From Chiayiivirga sp. (GTDB lineage: Bacteria; Pseudomonadota; Gammaproteobacteria; Xanthomonadales; Xanthomonadaceae), in assembly GCA_046590875.1 (NCBI GenBank), contig JBKJTK010000238.1, forward strand, positions 1 to 38,431: a stretch of 38,431 nucleotides of DNA, in the 5' to 3' direction. Of this stretch, positions 33,145-38,431 are shown piece after piece (position 1 is the stretch's first letter; every line of letters begins with the position of its first letter). Under the pieces are notes generated by a model. It ran no database searches, was not told the DNA's origin, and was given only the letters and a program-made list of their open reading frames with translations. Position numbers and translations under genes: made by a program.

Positions 33145-33215
33145 CGATCCGCGATTGCCACTACAATCGCGCCCCTCGCTCGCAAACCAGAGACTGCCTT
33201 GCACGTTCGATCCGC

Positions 33216-34073
33216 ATGAAAACTCCGTCCGGCTTGCAACCGTTGATCGACGATGGCGTGATCGACGAAGTAATGAGGCCGCTGAAAAGCGGCAAGGAAG
33301 CCTCGGTCTACGTGGTGCGCGTCGGCACCGAGATCCGTTGCGCCAAGGTTTACAAGGACATGGCGCAGCGCAGCTTCCAGCAGCGCGTGCAGTACCAGGA
33401 AGGTCGCAAGGTGCGTGGTAGCCGCCAGGCGCGCGCGATTGGCAAGGCAAGCAAATACGGCCGCAAGGAACAGGAAACCGCCTGGAAGAATACCGAGGTC
33501 GACGCGCTGTACCAACTGGTAGAAGCGGGCGTCCGGGTGCCGCAACCGCACGGCTATTTCAATGGCGTGTTGGTGATGGAGCTGGTCACCGACGCCGACG
33601 GACATTCGGCGCCGCGTCTGGGGGAAGTCGATCTGAGTGCGGAGCAGGCGCGCGGTTACCACCGTTTCCTCATCCGGCAAGTGGTCAAGATGCTTTGCGT
33701 CGGCTTGATTCACGGCGACTTGTCGGCATACAACGTGCTGGTCGCGCCCGATGGCCCGGTGGTGATCGATTTTCCGCAGGTCGTCAGCGCTGCCGGCAAC
33801 AACGCCGCACGCGCGATGTTGCAGCGCGACGTGCGCAACCTCACCGACTGCCTGTCGCAGTTCGCGCCCGAACTCGCCGATACGCGTTATGCCGAAGAAA
33901 TGTGGGCGCTGTTCGAGCAGGGCGAACTGCGACCCGACAGCGAACTCAGCGGCGTGTTCGTCGAGGACGAAAGCGCGGTGGATGTCGACGGCATCGAGGA
34001 TGCGATCCGCGATGCCCGCGAAGAAGCGCTGATCAGGCAGCAGGGACGCGAGGCGGCGAACGATCCGGATTGA
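33216..34073 (+). CDS. RIO1-family serine protein kinase (285 aa)
   Basis: Contains GKEASVYVV, AKVYK, VLVMELV, LIHGDLSAYNVLV and VIDFPQ. Confidence 0.85.
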   Translation: MKTPSGLQPLIDDGVIDEVMRPLKSGKEASVYVVRVGTEIRCAKVYKDMAQRSFQQRVQYQEGRKVRGSRQARAIGKASKYGRKEQETAWKNTEVDALYQLVEAGVRVPQPHGYFNGVLVMELVTDADGHSAPRLGEVDLSAEQARGYHRFLIRQVVKMLCVGLIHGDLSAYNVLVAPDGPVVIDFPQVVSAAGNNAARAMLQRDVRNLTDCLSQFAPELADTRYAEEMWALFEQGELRPDSELSGVFVEDESAVDVDGIEDAIRDAREEALIRQQGREAANDPD

Positions 34074-34094
34074 GTACCGACGCGGTTGCTGTTG

Positions 34095-34553
34095 TCACGG
34101 CGCCTCCGACGGCAGGCCGTCGCCGACTGAGTCGTCGGCATCGCGATCGCAAAGAAAACTCCAGAACGGCACCGCGTGGTCGCGCCATGCGCCCGCCACG
34201 TCGTCGAGCACTTCGATCAGGGTGGCGTAGTCGTCGAGCGACGCTTCGCGCAGCTCCTGGATGTTATCGAGCGCCAGCACGTAGCCATCTGCAGGCTCCA
34301 GCCATTCGAGATCCGACAGGCAGTCCGCCAACGCATCCCAGTTGCGCCCGAACCAGTCCGGAAATTCCAGCGCCTGCGCGATGCGATCGAGCGCAACGCC
34401 CTTGTCGCCGCAGCCAAGCAAGTCGATGCGGCGATGCAAAAACTGCAACTCGCGCGCGGCCTGCGCCAAGGTGTCCAACAGCGCAGCCGGCAATGAATAC
34501 GCGCCGGCCTCGTCAGCGCTGGGCAACAGTTCGACCAGAGGCACATCGTTCAT
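34095..34553 (-). CDS. Barstar-family ribonuclease inhibitor (152 aa)
   Basis: Contains ALEFPDWFGRNWDALADCLSDL and has an acidic overall composition. Its ATG overlaps the RNase stop (ATGA). Confidence 0.85.
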   Translation of the reverse strand: MNDVPLVELLPSADEAGAYSLPAALLDTLAQAARELQFLHRRIDLLGCGDKGVALDRIAQALEFPDWFGRNWDALADCLSDLEWLEPADGYVLALDNIQELREASLDDYATLIEVLDDVAGAWRDHAVPFWSFLCDRDADDSVGDGLPSEAP

Positions 34554-35017
34554 TTCGACACCTCGAAGCGTCGAAAGCGTTCGTAGTGATCGTTGCTGTA
34601 CCAGTACTCGCGCGGAGGATCGCCGCCAGTCACGATGCGGCGCGCACCGCGATCGCGTTCGCCCGGCGTACGCACGGTGTATTCGCGGTAGTAGCCGCGC
34701 GCTTGCGAGGGCAGCCGACGCTCGCGGTTCTGGAACACATTGCCGTCCTGGCGATGGAAGAACGGGCCACCGTCGGCGATCAAGGCCAGGGTCTGATGTG
34801 CTTCCGGCGGCAAGAAGGCGGGCAGCTCGCGCGATCCACGTGCGGACGGTGATGAATCTCGTTTGGGTAAAGGCGGCAACGGTTGTGGCGCAGGCAAATC
34901 GGACCGCGTGACCGGAGCCGGCGTGCGTGCCGGCGCGTCGCGCGTTGGGGCTTGCGTCTGCCAGTACCACAGCGCCACCAGGGCCAGCAGCACGAGGGCG
35001 ACGCGAAGCTGTTTCAT
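34550..35017 (-). CDS. Secreted guanyl-specific ribonuclease (barnase/RNase Sa, N1/T1 family; 155 aa)
   Basis: Signal MKQLRVALVLLALVALW. Contains DGGPFFHRQDGNVFQNRERRLP, GYYREYTVRTPGERDRGARRIV and YSNDHYERF. Confidence 0.85.
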   Translation of the reverse strand: MKQLRVALVLLALVALWYWQTQAPTRDAPARTPAPVTRSDLPAPQPLPPLPKRDSSPSARGSRELPAFLPPEAHQTLALIADGGPFFHRQDGNVFQNRERRLPSQARGYYREYTVRTPGERDRGARRIVTGGDPPREYWYSNDHYERFRRFEVSK

Positions 35018-35085
35018 GCGCGGGAAGTCTCGGGGTAACGGCGGAATTCTACGCGTCGCCGTGGCTACATCAACCAGGAGATCGA

Positions 35086-35125
35086 CACCATCCTCACCCC
35101 AGCCCTCTCCTTGAAGGAGAGGGAG
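35086..35125 (-). repeat. REP-like hairpin unit, inverted copy
   Basis: Its reverse complement ctccctctccttcaaggagagggctggggtgaggatggtg matches the 35172-35211 copy. The two stem differences are compensatory: ccctctcc/ggagaggg versus ccctcccc/ggggaggg. Confidence 0.8.
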
Positions 35126-35171
35126 AAAGGCCGCGCGGCGATGTCAGAGAACGTTAGCGTCGGTGCTGTTG

Positions 35172-35211
35172 CCCCCTCCCCTTCAAGGGGAGGGCTGGGG
35201 TGAGGATGGTG
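35172..35211 (+). repeat. REP-like hairpin unit
   Basis: The unit is ccccctccccttcaaggggagggctggggtgaggatggtg. Together with 35086-35125 it forms an inverted pair 46 nt apart. Confidence 0.8.
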
Positions 35212-36223
35212 TGGCTTCGCCCTCGTCCTCGCCCGCACCCACCGCATCTGGCGCTTCCACCTCATACCCGTGCGCTTTCATCGCATCCAGATAGCCACCC
35301 TCGCGCAGCAACAACCCCAGCGGCAGCATCGCGAAACTCGACGCGTTCTTCTCCAACGCGGTCTCGGCGGCGCTCAACCAGACTGCCTTCACCTGCGTTT
35401 CGATCTCGTTGAAACCGTGACGCTGCGCGATGCGCGTCTCCAACAGCGCGTCGGCACAGGCGCGGGCGTTGTCGGTGTGCGGCAATTTGCGCAGGATACC
35501 GATTTCGCCCAGGGCCCAAGCGTTGGCACGCAGTTTCATGCTCTCAATTTCCACTTCGAGCCGATCGAGCGTCTTGCGAAAACACTCGATGTCATCGAGC
35601 GGCGACTCGCTGAACTCGCGGATCAGCGCTTTTGGATCCGAAATTGTGATCGCGATGCTGGGACGGGTCATGACGACGTCGTGCTTCTTCGCCGCACGAC
35701 TTACCACCTTGGCTGCGACGTTGCGCATCGACAGGTCGACATCGTCCAGCGCCTCCTCTTGCAACTTCTGCGCTGCAACGATCGGGCGTCGTTTCTCCAC
35801 GCCGCGATCACGCCCGAGATACCGCTGCTTCAGTATCAGCCAGCGCGCATATAGATCGGCAGGGAGCACATCGGCGAGCTGGTTCTGGTCGGGATTGTTG
35901 CGCGCCTTCAACAGCGAGGGGAGCAGGAGCAGCCCACGAAACATGCCAATGTCGGTCTTCATTGTGACCGACGGCGGCATCAGCACTTCCTGCGAACGCG
36001 CGATGATGGCTTCGACTTTGCCCGACTCCCAGCTCATGTGCTTGGGCAACGGCGCCAGCGTGCCGAGTATCCACAGCACATGTTCGCCCTTGCGGACTTT
36101 CCACAATCCCGGCCCGGGTAATTTGCCACTCACCACGACCGTGTCGAGCACGCTTACTGGCGACGCGATTTCAACCTCCGACGCCACCGACGCGGGGACG
36201 ACCAGCAACAACCCCAGCCTCAT
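35183..36223 (-). CDS. TraB/GumN-family protein (346 aa; start approximate)
   Basis: Signal-like MRLGLLLVVPASVAS. Contains GPGLWKVRKGEHVLWILGTLAPLPKHMSWES. The last codons and the TGA (35183-35185) lie inside the REP unit. Confidence 0.8.
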   Translation of the reverse strand: MRLGLLLVVPASVASEVEIASPVSVLDTVVVSGKLPGPGLWKVRKGEHVLWILGTLAPLPKHMSWESGKVEAIIARSQEVLMPPSVTMKTDIGMFRGLLLLPSLLKARNNPDQNQLADVLPADLYARWLILKQRYLGRDRGVEKRRPIVAAQKLQEEALDDVDLSMRNVAAKVVSRAAKKHDVVMTRPSIAITISDPKALIREFSESPLDDIECFRKTLDRLEVEIESMKLRANAWALGEIGILRKLPHTDNARACADALLETRIAQRHGFNEIETQVKAVWLSAAETALEKNASSFAMLPLGLLLREGGYLDAMKAHGYEVEAPDAVGAGEDEGEATPSSPQPSP

Positions 36224-36240
36224 CAGCTTGCGAAACGTCG

Positions 36241-37422
36241 TCACAACGCCACTCCCGCCGCATGCCCGGATGCCCAGGCCCACTGAAAATTGTAACCGCC
36301 CAACCAGCCCGTCACGTCGACCACTTCGCCGATGAAATACAGCCCGGGCACGTGTTTTGATTGCATCGTCGTCGATGACAACTCATCGGTGTCGACGCCG
36401 CCCAGCGTTACCTCGGCGGTGCGATAGCCTTCGGTGCCGCTTGCGACCAGTGGCCAGCTTTGCAACTGCGTGGCGAGGTCGCGTAATTCGGGCTCGTTGT
36501 ACTGCCGCATCGGCCGACTACCAAACCAGACTTCGCACAACCGCTGCGCGAGCCGCTTGGGCAGCAGGTCGCCAAGCACGGTACGCAATTCGGCGGCGGG
36601 ACGTTCGGCTTGGTGCGCCTTAAGCAATGTGTGAGCTTCACCCTGTGGCAGCAGGTCCAGACGCAGCTCGTCGCCAGGTCGCCAGTACGAGGAAATCTGC
36701 AGGATGGCCGGGCCGCTCACGCCGCGATGCGTGATCAACATGAAATTGCTGAAGCTCGTGCCGTTGCAACTCGCGGTCACCGGCAGGGCCACGCCGCTCA
36801 GATCCTGCAATCGTTCCTGATGCTTTCCGCTCAAAGTCAGAGGCACCAGACCCGCGCGAGTCGGCAGTACGTTGTGCCCAAACTGCCGCGCCAGTTCGTA
36901 GCCGAAGCCACTCGCGCCCATGCTGGGAATCGACAGCCCCCCGCACGCCACCACCAGGGCCGGCGCCGCGAACACACCGAGCGCGGTATGCACGCGAAAA
37001 CCAGACTCGCCGTGCTGCACCCTTTCGACAGCGCAAGAGGTATTGATCTGCACGTCCGCCAGAGCGCACTCGTCCAGCAGCATCTTGACGACAAGTTTGG
37101 AAGACTCGTCGCAGAACAATTGTCCGAGTTCCTTCTCGTGATACGCGATGCGATGGCGATCCACCATCGCGATGAAGTCGGCCGGCTTGTAACGCGCCAA
37201 CGCGGACTTGCAGAAGTGGCGATTGGCCGAGAGGAAGTTCTCGGGCGTGGTACCGGTATTGGTGAAATTGCAGCGACCGCCGCCCGACATCAGGATCTTC
37301 TTGCCGCAGCGGTTGGCGTGCTCGATCAACCGCACACGCCGCCCGCGTTGGCCGGCAGTCAGCGCACACATCAAGCCTGCCGCACCGCCGCCGATCACGA
37401 TGACGTCGGCTTGATCGGTCAC
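36241..37422 (-). CDS. HI0933/YhiN(BaiN)-family NAD(P)/FAD-dependent oxidoreductase (393 aa)
   Basis: Contains DVIVIGGGAAGLMCA, KILMSGGGRCNFTN and the C-terminal GLYFIGEVVDVTGWLGGYNFQWAWASG. Confidence 0.9.
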   Translation of the reverse strand: MTDQADVIVIGGGAAGLMCALTAGQRGRRVRLIEHANRCGKKILMSGGGRCNFTNTGTTPENFLSANRHFCKSALARYKPADFIAMVDRHRIAYHEKELGQLFCDESSKLVVKMLLDECALADVQINTSCAVERVQHGESGFRVHTALGVFAAPALVVACGGLSIPSMGASGFGYELARQFGHNVLPTRAGLVPLTLSGKHQERLQDLSGVALPVTASCNGTSFSNFMLITHRGVSGPAILQISSYWRPGDELRLDLLPQGEAHTLLKAHQAERPAAELRTVLGDLLPKRLAQRLCEVWFGSRPMRQYNEPELRDLATQLQSWPLVASGTEGYRTAEVTLGGVDTDELSSTTMQSKHVPGLYFIGEVVDVTGWLGGYNFQWAWASGHAAGVAL

Positions 37423-37425
37423 GCG

Positions 37426-37980
37426 CTACTTCGCGCCGCCCGGAGCGTGTCGCACGATTGGCGTCACGCTGATCGTTGCCGCATCGCCCATCAACTGGAC
37501 TTCACCATCCTGGATCAGGCACGACAGTTTCACGTTTCGCGTCAGAAACACGGGCAGGGATTCCGCCGTGCCGGCCGGCAGTTCCAGCACGCTCAGATTG
37601 CCGCAGCGGGCGAGAGCGGCGCCGTTCTTCTCCCACCAAAGCGCAAAGCCGCGCCCGCTGTAGCCGATCACCACAACCGCGCGCGCGCGTCCGCAAGCCT
37701 TGCGGATACGCGATTCGTCCGGTTGCCCGAGTTCGATCCATTGCTCAATTTCCCCGGTCAGGGATTTACGCCACAGATCCGGTTCGTCGTCCGTGCTCAG
37801 GCCACGCCCGAATTCCAGGCGCTCATCGGCGAACAACGCGAACGCCAGCAGTCGCACCATCAAGCGTTCGTCGGTCTCCGAAGGATGCTGTGCCAGCGTC
37901 AGCGCATGGGTGGCGTAGTAGTGCCGATCCAGGTCGCTGATTTGCAACTCGGCTTTGTAGACGGTGGCCTTGAGCGCCAT
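37426..37980 (-). CDS. yaeQ: YaeQ-family protein (184 aa)
   Basis: MALKATVYKAELQISDLDRHYYATHALTLAQHPSETDERLMVRLLAFAL is typical of YaeQ. Confidence 0.9.
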   Translation of the reverse strand: MALKATVYKAELQISDLDRHYYATHALTLAQHPSETDERLMVRLLAFALFADERLEFGRGLSTDDEPDLWRKSLTGEIEQWIELGQPDESRIRKACGRARAVVVIGYSGRGFALWWEKNGAALARCGNLSVLELPAGTAESLPVFLTRNVKLSCLIQDGEVQLMGDAATISVTPIVRHAPGGAK

Positions 37981-38048
37981 CGAGAAGTCCGGAGGGGGAA
38001 ACGGGCGCCATTGTAGGGCGTAGCCCGGCCCTCGCCCCGACAGATCGG

Positions 38049-38431
38049 CTATTCGACGTTGGCCAACACCCGCGACGCGTGTCCTACGAGTTTCTCGGCA
38101 TCCGCACGCAACTCTTTCAGTGTCACGGTCTCTCGGCGCATCAGTAGCACCGTTAGCGCGTCCAGATCGGCGCCAGCGTCGACGCGCAATTCCTTATCGA
38201 GTGCAGCGAACACCGCAACAGCCTTGCGGGTGCGGTCGCGTTCGGACGTCGTGGCGCGCAGGGTGGTGACCTTTGCGCCCGATTGGCCTGCGGCCTTGAT
38301 TGCTTTTTGGAAACGGTCCTCGGAAATCAGTCCGGACCGACGGCCGATTTCCAGCGAATAGAACTCGCCGATGGCCTCGGCGATCCAGTCGTAGGCGGCG
38401 TCGGCGCGGATGTTGGTAACGACATGTATCA
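38049..38431 (-). CDS. 3' part of an unidentified CDS running off the right edge
   Basis: The minus-strand frame is open from the edge to TAG (38049-38051). It is GC3-rich and reads ...AAYDWIAEAIGEFYSLEIGRRSGLISEDRFQKAIKAAGQSGAKVTTLRATTSERDRTRKAVAVFAALDKELRVDAGADLDALTVLLMRRETVTLKELRADAEKLVGHASRVLANVE*. The plus-strand ORF 38059-38361 is S/R-rich antisense junk. Confidence 0.5.
   Translation of the reverse strand, partial: IHVVTNIRADAAYDWIAEAIGEFYSLEIGRRSGLISEDRFQKAIKAAGQSGAKVTTLRATTSERDRTRKAVAVFAALDKELRVDAGADLDALTVLLMRRETVTLKELRADAEKLVGHASRVLANVE

Noticed and set aside
38059-38361. 100-aa plus-strand ORF at the right edge.
   Set aside because: It is S/R/A-rich antisense-type sequence. The opposite strand carries an open, GC3-rich frame that ends at 38049.
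1-38431. CRISPR arrays, tRNA/rRNA genes, and IS, transposase or integrase genes.
   Set aside because: I saw no regularly spaced direct repeats and no tRNA-like or rRNA-like sequence. No ORF has DDE, tyrosine-recombinase or serine-recombinase motifs. The repeats present are hairpin REP/MITE-like units only.

Overview
High-GC chromosomal window, probably from a Xanthomonadales/Rhodanobacteraceae-like gammaproteobacterium (inferred from gene content and repeat families). I support about 45 CDS. I saw no rRNA, tRNA, CRISPR array, transposase or integrase. Most genes are ordinary: IcmF-type mutase 3' end, GST, VOC/PhnB-like, MAPEG, DUF1615 lipoprotein, heparinase II/III-like lyase, DksA/TraR finger, pseudouridine synthase, beta-propeller protein, glutaredoxin, LytS/LytTR two-component pair, DoxX, bactofilin, DMT transporter, YebC, two L,D-transpeptidases, C-N hydrolase, alpha/beta hydrolase, DUF1993, HU, B12/radical-SAM DUF4080, TrhO, RIO kinase, RNase-barstar, TraB/GumN, HI0933-like flavoprotein and YaeQ. 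Six observations stand out. (1) The left 3.5 kb holds three icmF-derived units stacked head-to-tail at one 12-nt junction (17-28, 1313-1324, 3489-3500). Each of the two icmF tails is followed directly by a minimal nucleotidyltransferase plus small-ORF cassette. This looks like serial accretion of cargo at the icmF 3' end and a candidate uncharacterised TA/defence-like module. (2) A 75-nt ghost of the C-N hydrolase gene sits 3.4 kb from the intact gene, and its differences are mostly synonymous. (3) A Sec-exported tail-fibre-like protein with a self-cleaving S74 chaperone domain occurs without any phage context. Its central module is compositionally foreign, and a small secreted repeat protein is translationally coupled to it. 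(4) Several REP/MITE-like families are present; one copy is inserted in frame in icmF and one supplies the stop codon of the TraB/GumN gene. (5) A bactofilin gene is translationally coupled to a zinc-ribbon gene. (6) A DUF2058 gene is paired with a membrane protein I cannot assign. All family names come from motif recognition by eye, not from database searches.
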